Positions 1-8,870 of a stretch of 64,000 nt of DNA are shown piece after piece (the stretch's first letter is position 1; every line of letters starts with the position of its first letter). The translations under genes were made by a program, and so were the position numbers. This DNA is from an uncultured Verrucomicrobiae bacterium (GTDB taxonomy: Bacteria; Verrucomicrobiota; Verrucomicrobiia; Limisphaerales; Palsa-1400): assembly GCA_963707025.1 (NCBI GenBank), contig CAVPOM010000005.1, forward strand, positions 544,001-608,000, in the 5' to 3' direction. The notes beneath the pieces were generated by a model, which saw only the letters and a program-made list of their open reading frames with translations, was not told where the DNA came from and searched no databases.

Positions 1-1061
1 ATATTGGTGTTAAACGAATTTGCGGCGTAGTCATATTCATAAAAAAATGTTGGCGCGTTGTAATCTAAGTAATTGCCGACGGCGCACAAAATCTTTCCAT
101 TGACCATCATGGCTCCACTGGAGTCAGCAGTTCCCAAGCCGTTCGGAATGACTGGGCCATCCGTCCAACTGCCAAAATTGGTGCTTCCGGAAGGGGTGTA
201 AATGGCCGTTACAGGCGGCCCACCAATAAAAAACACATTCCCATTTGGAAGCAGAAAGCCCGGCCCGATTTCCCCCAAAGCTAAGGAGAATAACTGCTCC
301 GGCAAGTCTTCGTCATCAATCCATTCGCCAAGAGGCGCGTTCAATGACGGGATGTAGCGCTGAGATTTCAGATCACCCCGGAGGGTAAGCTCACTGCCAT
401 CGGAAAGCTTAACCATGCTTTGTTCATCGGCATTAGCGTCGCCCTGAGCCAGTTTCGGCCCAGAGTAGATCGTGTTCGAAGAAGGGTCGAAGATTACTGT
501 GTAGCCATTTTTGGCCGGTTCTACCGGTGTTATAAGCACTCGGCCGTCCTGCAAAGTGAAAGACATTGAATCAACAAAGCCGTACTCATTGTTCCCTCCA
601 CTACCTACCACGGGGTTCGTGGTTATCAGACCAGGCGGAACCGGGATGATGGTCCAGGTATTGAGCTGGGGATCGTAAACCTCCGCATTGGTGGTCCCGT
701 CACCGTACTCCCCTCCCGCCACGAAGACTCTGCCATCGCGCAGAACGTCCGACGAGTACCATGTCCTGTTGCAATGCATGGAAGTGAGATTTGTCCACGA
801 CCCATTGACATAACTGCCATGTATATCAGGTGTCAACTTGTACCATGCATTTCCGATGTCGCCGGTAGTGCCATCGTTATTTGCGGCCATGACCGTGCCA
901 TCCGGCATCAACAACATCAAACAAACCGCACCCGGTGCGGGGTTTGCCAGTTGAGTCCAGGTTCCCGCTATCGCAAGCGAGGGAAGCAGCAGTGCGAAGA
1001 AAATCAGCGCCTGTCCATTCAATCGGACCACGTCGCGAAAGGTTGAGTAATATTTTCTCAT
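1..1061 (-). CDS. Secreted Kelch/galactose-oxidase-like beta-propeller protein (3' part runs off the window; not in the ORF track)
   Basis: Manual translation from the ATG at 1061 gives MRKYYSTF...IFFALLLPSLAIA (signal) GTWTQLANPAPGAVCLMLLMPDGTVMA...GSYVNGSWTNLTSM...YSSDVLRDGRVFVAGGEYG. The LxDGxV..GG blade motifs recur (LQDGRVL, LSDGSEL, LPNGNVFFIGG). Confidence 0.8.
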   Translation of the reverse strand, partial: MRKYYSTFRDVVRLNGQALIFFALLLPSLAIAGTWTQLANPAPGAVCLMLLMPDGTVMAANNDGTTGDIGNAWYKLTPDIHGSYVNGSWTNLTSMHCNRTWYSSDVLRDGRVFVAGGEYGDGTTNAEVYDPQLNTWTIIPVPPGLITTNPVVGSGGNNEYGFVDSMSFTLQDGRVLITPVEPAKNGYTVIFDPSSNTIYSGPKLAQGDANADEQSMVKLSDGSELTLRGDLKSQRYIPSLNAPLGEWIDDEDLPEQLFSLALGEIGPGFLLPNGNVFFIGGPPVTAIYTPSGSTNFGSWTDGPVIPNGLGTADSSGAMMVNGKILCAVGNYLDYNAPTFFYEYDYAANSFNTN

Positions 1062-1089
1062 GGGTTTATTTTTAGAGCGGACATCGTGA

Positions 1090-3672
1090 TTATTGCAGCG
1101 TGACCAGCACGAGCACCATGCCCTGGCCTTCCTGCAGTGTGGACATGGCCTTGCCGAGGATCGCGCCAGCGGCTCTGGCGTGGTCGGTCACTTTCATGGC
1201 CCGGCCCGGCATGCTTGAAGTGGTCAGCAAGTCGCCCGGTTCGATGGCCCCGTTGGAGGCGTCGGCTTGAACATAAACACGCCCGGTCAGGGCCACATTC
1301 CTTCCGCCTTCGAGCAAGCCCTGCTGCTGCATCCTGATTCCAGGTTTGATTCCGTTGGCGCCGCTGACGACGCCAGCCACACGGGTGTCATACGGTCGGT
1401 CGGTTAATTTCAACTGACCTGGATGCGCCGCGTCAATCACCACCACCGCGCCTTCGGTAACCGGCTGCTCCCCCGCAGAGATCGAAAACGGCTCCGCCAG
1501 GTCGGAACCACCGGTAATGATGATTTCTGTACAGGTAACTGAAGTGCATATCGGACTTTGAATCGTCCCGGCAATGAAGGTCTTGGTCTGGTCGGCGCCA
1601 ATGCGGATGACGGCGCTATCCGTGGAAGCGCCCAGACTGCCGATATAGATATTGTCGCTGCCACTGCTGAGACTAACGCCCGCGCCGAAACCGATTGCGA
1701 TATTGAAATCACCACTCTTATTGCCAGAAAGCGCAGACTCCCCAACAGCCGTGTTGTATACTCCACTCGTATTGGCAGAAAGCGCAGAATCGCCAATGGC
1801 CGTGTTGTATTCGCCACTCGTGTTGGCGGCAAGCGCCAAATAGCCGTTGGCCGTGTTGCCATAGCCGACGGTGGTTAACTGGAGGGCTTGATAACCGATG
1901 GCCGTGTTCTCACCGTTGTCCGAAGTACTGCCTTGAGCATAAGCATTGTCGTTCTCAAGAGCATGATAGCCAATGGCCACGAGTTGATTGTCATTCGTGC
2001 AATTCCCCAGCGCCAGATCGCCCAAGGCCACGTTTTGATAGCCAACTTGATTCAATTTCATCGCATCATGACCCATGGCCGTGTTCTGGTAGCCGCTCGT
2101 GTTGTTGTTAAGCACATTATAGCCATCGGCCGTGTTGAAATAGCCGCTCGAGTTGGCGTAAAGCGCTTCGTAACCATTGGCCGTGTTGTTGTAGCCGCTG
2201 GTGTTGGACAGGAGCGCCCAGTAGCCATTGGCCACATTATTTGAGCCGGTCGAGTTGTTATACAATGCCTCATAGCCCAAGGCCGTGTTGTCGTTGCCGA
2301 CGGTGTTGTTTCCCAGAGCGCCGGCACCCACCGCCGCGTTGAATGAGCCACCGCCGTTCTGCGAAAGAGCGGCATAGCCAAGCCCCGTGTTAGCGGCACC
2401 GGTGGTGGTAAAATTACCGGCGAACGGCCCGGCGTAGAAGTCAAAGTCGTTGTCGGCAATTAAAAGTCTGTTGCCGCCGTAATAAATGGCGGCCGGCCCC
2501 GGCCCCGGCAAATTCAGATTGCCGCCGACCGTCACACTGCCAAAGGTCACGCTCGGTTCGTTGTTCGTCACCAGGCCGGCTGGCAATTGCGTTGATGAAA
2601 AAGCGCCGGTTAAATTTGTTGCGTTGAGATTGGTCAGGCCCGCGCCGTTGCCGGTGACGACGCCGGCAATCAACGCCTGGGTCTGGCCGGTGCCAATGCG
2701 GATGATATTGGTGTCCGTGGCCAGGCCCATGTTCCCAATGTCAATGTTGGAACTGCCGGTGGTGATATTGTAACCGGCTTGGTAGCCCAGCGCGATGTTG
2801 TAGCTGCCGAGACCGTTGAGGCTGTAAAGCGACTGATAGCCGTTGGCCGTGTTGTAGCTGCCGGTGCCGTTGGACCAGAGCGCATATTCGCCAATGGCCA
2901 CATTGAACGAGCCGCTCGAGTTGTTGCCCAGCGCCAAGGCGCCGAAGGCGGAGTTGTTTTCGCCGACGCTGTTCATATACATCGCCAAATAGCCAACGGC
3001 CGTATTTTGGTAGCCGCTGCTGTTGTTGATTAGCGCCAAATAGCCGACCGCTGTGTTGTCGTAGCCAATCATGTTGTCGTAAAGCGCCTGGAAGCCATAG
3101 GCCGTGTTGGCGTTGCCAGTCGTGTTTCTGCTAAACGCCTGAAAGCCATCCGCCGTGTTGTAGGAGCCGCTCATCGTCGAATTGCCCGACGGACCGACGA
3201 AGAAGTTCTCACTAAGAGTGTAGTTGGTATTGCCGATGCTTGTCAATTGAGAGGCCGACAAGGTGCCGCTCAAATTGCTGGAGTTTTCCGCATAAATTGC
3301 ATACGGCACGGGCGTCAGTTCCTGACGCGGCGTCAACGGGGTGAAACTGCTGACGCCATTGCTTTCCACGCCAATCTGCAACCAGTCGGTCGCGCCAGTG
3401 AACACACCAGAGCCAAAATCAATCAGCACCGTGAACAGGCCGTTGGTGACAATGACGGCGTTGTTGGTCACCGGCCCGGCCATGGCGACACCGCCGGTGT
3501 TGGTGTTGAACAGCGAGAAGGTCAGATTATAGGTGCCGCTGGCCGGACTACCGTTGTCTTGGAGCTGGCCTTGATAGGTGAAGGCCGTGCCCTGGGCGAG
3601 CACCGGCTGGATGGAGAGGAGCAGGCCGCCCAAAGCGGCCGCGGGCGCGAGACGCGCCAACAGGTTTTTCAT
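1090..3672 (-). CDS. Fibre A: secreted tailspike-like protein with [10 protein letters not shown]-domain, two blocks of 17-aa NTAxG repeats and a C-terminal G2/IMC-type autocleaving chaperone
   Basis: Start reassigned to MKNLLARL (3672), followed by a signal peptide ending [14 protein letters not shown]. Repeats such as NTAVGYLALINNSSGYQ. The C-terminus GGS-DLAEPF...VALTGRVYV...PGDLLTTS...GAILGKAM resembles the phi29 gp12 chaperone. Confidence 0.8.
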   Translation of the reverse strand: MKNLLARLAPAAALGGLLLSIQPVLAQGTAFTYQGQLQDNGSPASGTYNLTFSLFNTNTGGVAMAGPVTNNAVIVTNGLFTVLIDFGSGVFTGATDWLQIGVESNGVSSFTPLTPRQELTPVPYAIYAENSSNLSGTLSASQLTSIGNTNYTLSENFFVGPSGNSTMSGSYNTADGFQAFSRNTTGNANTAYGFQALYDNMIGYDNTAVGYLALINNSSGYQNTAVGYLAMYMNSVGENNSAFGALALGNNSSGSFNVAIGEYALWSNGTGSYNTANGYQSLYSLNGLGSYNIALGYQAGYNITTGSSNIDIGNMGLATDTNIIRIGTGQTQALIAGVVTGNGAGLTNLNATNLTGAFSSTQLPAGLVTNNEPSVTFGSVTVGGNLNLPGPGPAAIYYGGNRLLIADNDFDFYAGPFAGNFTTTGAANTGLGYAALSQNGGGSFNAAVGAGALGNNTVGNDNTALGYEALYNNSTGSNNVANGYWALLSNTSGYNNTANGYEALYANSSGYFNTADGYNVLNNNTSGYQNTAMGHDAMKLNQVGYQNVALGDLALGNCTNDNQLVAIGYHALENDNAYAQGSTSDNGENTAIGYQALQLTTVGYGNTANGYLALAANTSGEYNTAIGDSALSANTSGVYNTAVGESALSGNKSGDFNIAIGFGAGVSLSSGSDNIYIGSLGASTDSAVIRIGADQTKTFIAGTIQSPICTSVTCTEIIITGGSDLAEPFSISAGEQPVTEGAVVVIDAAHPGQLKLTDRPYDTRVAGVVSGANGIKPGIRMQQQGLLEGGRNVALTGRVYVQADASNGAIEPGDLLTTSSMPGRAMKVTDHARAAGAILGKAMSTLQEGQGMVLVLVTLQ

Positions 3673-3924
3673 AGATTTCGTTTTTGGCTGTGGAGTCGTT
3701 GGACGTGAACGCGGTGTTGCCAGGATTAAAGGCTCACAGCCACGAAACCCGGAATAGTGACAACCCGTCAAATCTCACACACATTGCGCTAATTGCAACC
3801 AGTATCTTTTCTCATTGCCACATTTCCGCATTCTCCATTCTCCGCTTCCTGGCCGCTGGAAACATGCGGCTCCGCCAACGGAGCACGTCAGACTTCCGGC
3901 GTCAGACAGGTGGCGGGAGACGTT

Positions 3925-4377
3925 TTAGGGATGGCTCAGGCGGAAAAAGAGATTTCCCTTCGGTGGCGCGTTGGTCACGCTGTTATTGACGACCGGGCCG
4001 GTGTAGTTGCCCCAAGGGGTCGTGCCGACCTGGCTGTTGGTTTGGAGCGTCCAACCGCTTGAAGGCAAGGGCCAGGAGACGACCGCTTGACCGCCGGAAA
4101 AAGTGATCGTCAACAAGGGCGCGCCGGGTGTTTGCACCACGGCAAGCAAACTCCAGAAGCCGCCCGTCAAGGAATAATTGCCCCCGGCCATCGCCACCCC
4201 GGCGTCGTGCTGGCCGATCGTGCCGCTGACGGAATACTGCCCGTTGCTGCTTGTGCCGCCGCCGCCGCTGATTTTATACCAGCCAATGGAGTATTGTTGG
4301 GCGTGGAGGGCCAGCCCCAGCAGAATCAGCGGCAGGGTGAAAAGGATCATCTTTTTCAAGGTGATGCTACGAGACAT
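3925..4377 (-). CDS. Small secreted fibre-associated protein (YSIGWYKISGGG...GTIGQ domain plus a C-terminal domain ending FFRL)
   Basis: Signal peptide ending LHA-QQYSIGWYKISGGGGTSSNGQYSVSGTIGQHDAG...LTGGFW, then PLLTI...VVSWP...WTLQ...NLFFRLSHP. It starts 13 bp after the S53 gene. Confidence 0.8.
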   Translation of the reverse strand: MSRSITLKKMILFTLPLILLGLALHAQQYSIGWYKISGGGGTSSNGQYSVSGTIGQHDAGVAMAGGNYSLTGGFWSLLAVVQTPGAPLLTITFSGGQAVVSWPLPSSGWTLQTNSQVGTTPWGNYTGPVVNNSVTNAPPKGNLFFRLSHP

Positions 4378-4390
4378 GGGTTTGATGGGG

Positions 4391-6322
4391 TCAATTGCCG
4401 ATGGTGGCCGGGCCGTCCTGGGAGGTGATGGTCATCGGTTTTGAAATGGTCATGGTTTCGGAACTGGAGCCGGCAGTTTCGATGAAGATGGTTCCTCCTG
4501 AAGTGACAGCACTTACGCCGCCCCCCAGGGTGTTAAATGGCTGATAATAACTTCCGGTCTGGGTGCCGGAGTAGTTGAAGTTAACAAAGACGGGGCCGGC
4601 GTATCCGACGAGGGCCTTGATGAGGTCCGCGCCCGCGGGCGATCCCCATCCAGTGCAAAGATCGTAGCCTGGCTTGGCGTAGTAGAGACTTGGGCTGTTG
4701 CTCCATGTATTATTCCCGTTGGTGATGTCGTGGAAACAGGAAGAATACAATGAACCTTCGGCAACGTTGTAGAGGGCGGGGGTGACAAAGCCGACCGGTG
4801 GCAGCCCCTGCTCCGCGGCCTGCTGATTCACCAGGGCCATAAACCCAGCCCAGAGCGGCGCCGCACAGCTTGTGCCAGCTTCGTCCTGGAAAATCCGCAC
4901 TCCGTTGGTGGTAGTAAATACGTCCAGGACACCGTCCGCCGCCGCGGCGACATCCGGAACATTACACTTGGCCGAGGATCCGCCATTGGCGCTCATATCG
5001 ACGGACTGTTGATAAAGCGGGATTGGAATCGGGGTCAGGATTCCGCCGGAGCTGCCGTTCGGACCGCCGCTTGGTCCGCTTTGTCCCCAGACCGTTTCGC
5101 CAGTCCAGGTTCCTCCGTCGTAAGTCAGCACCAATTCCGTACCTCCCACCTGGGTCATATACGGTTGCAGGTCAGCGGCAGAGGCTCCGTTAATATAGGT
5201 TCCTCCGGGACCATTGGGATCAACCGGCAGCGCGCCCTCATCACCCATCGCATAGAAATAGGACTGGCCCTGCACGGCCAATCGGAGGCAACAATTGGAA
5301 GTCGCGCCATCGGTGCCACTCCCATAGGAGGAACTGATCTGGAGAGGCAATGGCTCACCATTGGTCGGATCCGCCATGGAGGTTAAGACGCCATCCAGGT
5401 CACTGTAGTAGCCGTAATAGAAAACCACTTTTTGGAGGCCGGGGGCCATGGAGATGGCCATTTCAATGTCCAGCGACGCCTCCCCATCTCCGTCAAAGGA
5501 AGGAATGTGGGGGTAGCCGTCCACCAGCACCTCCTGCACAGGGACATTCGGCAATCCGGCCGTCGCTTCGTAGGCGAGAATGTCGTTGGTGCTGTAGCCT
5601 TCTTGGAACTCAATCAAGCCGACCACTTGTCCGGAGCCCTCATTGGTCGTGCCAGCGGCGTAAGCATGTCTAAAATCGGAGCCCATCAGTAATTGTTGCC
5701 CATTCGGGTCATAAGAGCCTCCGCCATACTTGGGAGCTTGACTATTGTCGTGAGCATGGGCTTTGGCATGGGGCAATTCATAGTCATTCAAACCGCTGAT
5801 GGCCAGGACCGGGACGGCCAAGTCCAGGGACGGCTCGACATCCGGCGCAAAAAACTGGCGTGCTTCGGTTGGGTGCTGATACAGGCGCAGCGTCAGATGA
5901 AAGGTCTTTTCAACGTCCGCCACCGCGCCCTCAACACTGACCAGGGTGCGGCCCGGATTGGTGTGAGTCACGGTCAAGCCGTTGGCCTTGACAAATTGGA
6001 TGACGGCCTGAAAATCCGCTTCTGTCGGCCCGAACCTCTCATTGAACTGCGCTGGAGTCAGATAGTGGCGGAAATTCGGGCTGGCCGGGTCGTAAATCCC
6101 CTTGAGCAACTGGCCCAGCGCTTCATTATTGCGCAGCGGCAGACTTATCCCGAGGTGCAGAAGATTGGTGGCCGCCAGCCGGCCCAGCGGCTGCAAGTTG
6201 CGCTGGGCCACGGCGGCCGGCACATGGCCTTGCAGCACTTGTCTTTCCGCCGCCGCCAGGGAAGCGACCGACAGAAAGAGCAGTGCCAGGCTGGTGGCCA
6301 TTTGCGAGAGTGTCTTCTTCAT
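4391..6322 (-). CDS. S53 (sedolisin/kumamolisin-family) serine peptidase with pro-domain and short C-terminal accessory domain
   Basis: Pro-kumamolisin region (YDPASPNFRHYLTPAQFNERFGP), catalytic EASLD, oxyanion GDEG, nucleophile GTSCAAP and Ca-site GYDLCTGWGSP. Confidence 0.92.
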   Translation of the reverse strand: MKKTLSQMATSLALLFLSVASLAAAERQVLQGHVPAAVAQRNLQPLGRLAATNLLHLGISLPLRNNEALGQLLKGIYDPASPNFRHYLTPAQFNERFGPTEADFQAVIQFVKANGLTVTHTNPGRTLVSVEGAVADVEKTFHLTLRLYQHPTEARQFFAPDVEPSLDLAVPVLAISGLNDYELPHAKAHAHDNSQAPKYGGGSYDPNGQQLLMGSDFRHAYAAGTTNEGSGQVVGLIEFQEGYSTNDILAYEATAGLPNVPVQEVLVDGYPHIPSFDGDGEASLDIEMAISMAPGLQKVVFYYGYYSDLDGVLTSMADPTNGEPLPLQISSSYGSGTDGATSNCCLRLAVQGQSYFYAMGDEGALPVDPNGPGGTYINGASAADLQPYMTQVGGTELVLTYDGGTWTGETVWGQSGPSGGPNGSSGGILTPIPIPLYQQSVDMSANGGSSAKCNVPDVAAAADGVLDVFTTTNGVRIFQDEAGTSCAAPLWAGFMALVNQQAAEQGLPPVGFVTPALYNVAEGSLYSSCFHDITNGNNTWSNSPSLYYAKPGYDLCTGWGSPAGADLIKALVGYAGPVFVNFNYSGTQTGSYYQPFNTLGGGVSAVTSGGTIFIETAGSSSETMTISKPMTITSQDGPATIGN

Positions 6323-6336
6323 GATTTTCGCCTCCG

Positions 6337-8460
6337 TTATTGCAAGGTGACCAGAACCAGCACCATGCCTTTGCCTTGGTTTAGCCCCGTCATGGCTTTG
6401 CCCAGAATCGCGCCCTGGGCCCTGGCGTGGTCGCTGACCTTCATGGCGTGGCCGGGGGTTGCGGAGGTCGTCAACAAATCACCCGGATTGATGGCGCCGT
6501 TGGCCGCGTCGGCCAGGACGTAAACCCGTCCGGTGAGAGCGACGTTTTTGCCGCCTTCGAGCAAGCCTTGCTGTTGCATCTGGATGCCGGGATTGACGCC
6601 GTTGGCGCCACTGAGAACGCCCGCCACGCGGGTGTCGTAGGGTTGGCTGCTCACTCGCAAATGCCCTGGATGGTCCTGGTCAATCACCACCACCGAGCCT
6701 GGGGGAAATTGGCCGGAAGGGCTTGAAACCGCAAACGGCTCGGCCAGGTCGGAACCGCCTTCGATGGTAATGGAACTGCAAAAGATATGCATGTAGGTGC
6801 TGTTGCCCCAGTTGTAAAAGGCGACGTTGGCGATGCTGCTGTTCATGCTGCCGATCTGCACGTCGCTGCCCGAACCATTGCCGCCGATGTAGGCGTCTAT
6901 GGGGCCGGCCCCGTTGAACGCGTTGGCCCCGGTTATTTGCGCGAAATTGCCGCGCACGGTCAGGGAGTCGGCGGAGAAGTTGTTGCTGACCCAGACATTG
7001 CCCGTATAGTCCCAACTCAAACTGATCTCATTCGGTGCAACGGTGCCCAGCGACCCGCCATTGAAACCGTAAAGAAACGGGCCAGCTCCGCCGGGGACTG
7101 CAATCAGCCCGGTTGTGTCATAGACCAGTCCGTTATCCGTGTCGCCTCCGTCCAATGCAATGGTGCCGGCAACGTAAGTCGCGGTTTGGACGCCCGGCGT
7201 GCCGAGACGGATGATGCTGTTATCGCCGGAAGATCCCGCGTTGCCGATGTCAATGTTGTTATTGCCGTTGAGGATGTTGTAACCCGCCTGATAACCCAAG
7301 GCGATATTGCCGCTGCCGCTCGAGTTGGCCAGGAGCGCCAGAGAGCCATCAGCGGTGTTGCGGGAGCCGGTCGTGTTCTGCCAAAGCGCTTGAAAGCCAT
7401 TGGCCACGTTATTGGAGCCGGTCGAGTTGTTTTCCAGCGCCTGAGCGCCACTGGCGGTGTCGAAGGTGCCGGCCGTGTTGACATTCAGCGCGAAGGCCCC
7501 GCTGGCGGTGTTGTAAGAGCCGGAAGTGTTGCCATATAAGGCCCGATAGCCGGTGCCGGTGTCTTGAAAGCCGGTGGTGTTGGCGAGAAGCGCCTGGGAA
7601 CCGACGGCGGTGTCCTGACTTTGATTGGTATTATTAAGCAACGCCTGAAAACCGACAGCCACGTTGTTGCCACCGGTGGTATTGAAGAAAAGCGCCCCCG
7701 CGCCATCCGCCGTGTTCTGGAAGCCGTTGGTGTTGGAGAAAAGCGCATCGGTGCCGGTGGCCGTGTTGTTGGCGCCGGTGGTGTTGGCGACAAGCGCATC
7801 AAAGCCAACGGCGGTGTTGTCCGCGCCGCTGGTGTTGGCGAAAAGCGCGCCCGCGCCATCGGCCGTGTTGTAGGAGCCGTTGGTGTTGGCGGAAAGCGCG
7901 CCCACGCCTTGAGCCGTGTTGTAGGAGCCGGTGGTGACGGAGAAAAGCGTGCCAAAACCCACCCCCGTGTTTTCAGACCCGCTCAGCGCGGAATTGCCGG
8001 AATTCTGACCGGCAAAGAAGTTCAGCGATCCATAATTGTTCAGCAGAGCGGTGGAGCCGGCACTCTCGGCGTAAATGGCGTAAGGGCTGGGCGTCAATTC
8101 CACGCGTGGACTCAAGGGCGTGAAAGTCGCGCCGGCGCCGTTGGTGCGCACGCCGATTTGCAGCCAGTAGGACGTGCCGTCAAAGACAGCGCCAAAGTCC
8201 ATGGTGATGATGAACAGCCCGTTGCTGACGGGCACGGCCAAATTGGTGTAGAGCACACTGGCCAGAACCCCGCCGGTGCTGGCGGGGTAGAGACTGGTGC
8301 GAATGTCGTAAAGCCCGTTGGCCGGGGCGCCGGAGTCCATCAACTGGCCTTCATAGGCGAACGCCGTGCCCTGGGCGAAAGCGCTGGAGAGTTGTGAGTT
8401 GAGAGTGGCCAGCGCCAGCAAGGCCAGCGCGCTGGACCAGCGGGGTGATCTGGTTTTCAT
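6337..8460 (-). CDS. Fibre B: secreted tailspike-like protein with QGTAFAYEG N-domain, 17-aa NTAxG repeats and G2/IMC-type chaperone
   Basis: Start reassigned to MKTRSPRW (8460) by comparison with the paralog starting at 12518. The C-terminal GGSDLAEPF...MVLVLVTLQ is highly similar to fibre A. Confidence 0.8.
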   Translation of the reverse strand: MKTRSPRWSSALALLALATLNSQLSSAFAQGTAFAYEGQLMDSGAPANGLYDIRTSLYPASTGGVLASVLYTNLAVPVSNGLFIITMDFGAVFDGTSYWLQIGVRTNGAGATFTPLSPRVELTPSPYAIYAESAGSTALLNNYGSLNFFAGQNSGNSALSGSENTGVGFGTLFSVTTGSYNTAQGVGALSANTNGSYNTADGAGALFANTSGADNTAVGFDALVANTTGANNTATGTDALFSNTNGFQNTADGAGALFFNTTGGNNVAVGFQALLNNTNQSQDTAVGSQALLANTTGFQDTGTGYRALYGNTSGSYNTASGAFALNVNTAGTFDTASGAQALENNSTGSNNVANGFQALWQNTTGSRNTADGSLALLANSSGSGNIALGYQAGYNILNGNNNIDIGNAGSSGDNSIIRLGTPGVQTATYVAGTIALDGGDTDNGLVYDTTGLIAVPGGAGPFLYGFNGGSLGTVAPNEISLSWDYTGNVWVSNNFSADSLTVRGNFAQITGANAFNGAGPIDAYIGGNGSGSDVQIGSMNSSIANVAFYNWGNSTYMHIFCSSITIEGGSDLAEPFAVSSPSGQFPPGSVVVIDQDHPGHLRVSSQPYDTRVAGVLSGANGVNPGIQMQQQGLLEGGKNVALTGRVYVLADAANGAINPGDLLTTSATPGHAMKVSDHARAQGAILGKAMTGLNQGKGMVLVLVTLQ

Positions 8461-8534
8461 AAGCGATTCAGGGTTCAGTCCGCCTCGGGAGGGCGACAGC
8501 CTCAAGAGGGCGGCGATTAACTGCTTGAGTTTTC

Positions 8535-8569
8535 ATCCTACCATTCACCCAAGTTAAGGTCAACTTAAA
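8535..8569 (-). promoter_or_regulatory. sigma70-type promoter with an 11-bp-period TTAA direct repeat over -35 (fibre B operon)
   Basis: Minus strand reads TTTAAG-TTGAC-CTTAAC and TTGACC-N17-TAGGAT with an extended -10 TG. The pattern is conserved in the paralogous copy at 12594-12628. Confidence 0.65.
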
Positions 8570-8720
8570 AAGCGCATTAGCCATTGGCCAAACGCTGAAA
8601 CCGCGTTGCGCCGCGGGAACAGCCACGCCGGGTCTGGTCCAAAGGTTGATCCGGGCAGGCCAAATCTGAGTGGCTGTCAATTTGCTCAAGCGGCCTGAGC
8701 CGACGCCACCTTCTTCGCAG

Positions 8721-8870
8721 GATGCCGCCGCCGCTGATTTAATACCAGCCAATCGAGTATTACCGCCCCAAAGCCCGAAGGCAGAAGCAACTTTGCAGAA
8801 GCAGGACACACAGCAGCAGCTTCGCCGCCGGCCATCCGCCATTTCCAATCTTCAATCCTCGCGCGTTCAT
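8721..8870 (-). pseudogene. Decayed copy of the small fibre-associated protein
   Basis: Its ATG overlaps the fibre C stop (ATGA). It reads MNARGLKIG...LLLCVLLLQSCFCLRALGR*YSIGWY*ISGGG, with two in-frame TAA stops, and then loses similarity. Confidence 0.8.

Noticed and set aside
1740..3170. 51-bp periodic GCCGTGTTG motif (also 7350-7970) resembling a CRISPR array
   Set aside because: It is the in-frame 17-codon NTAxG repeat with synonymous variation; there are no cas genes.
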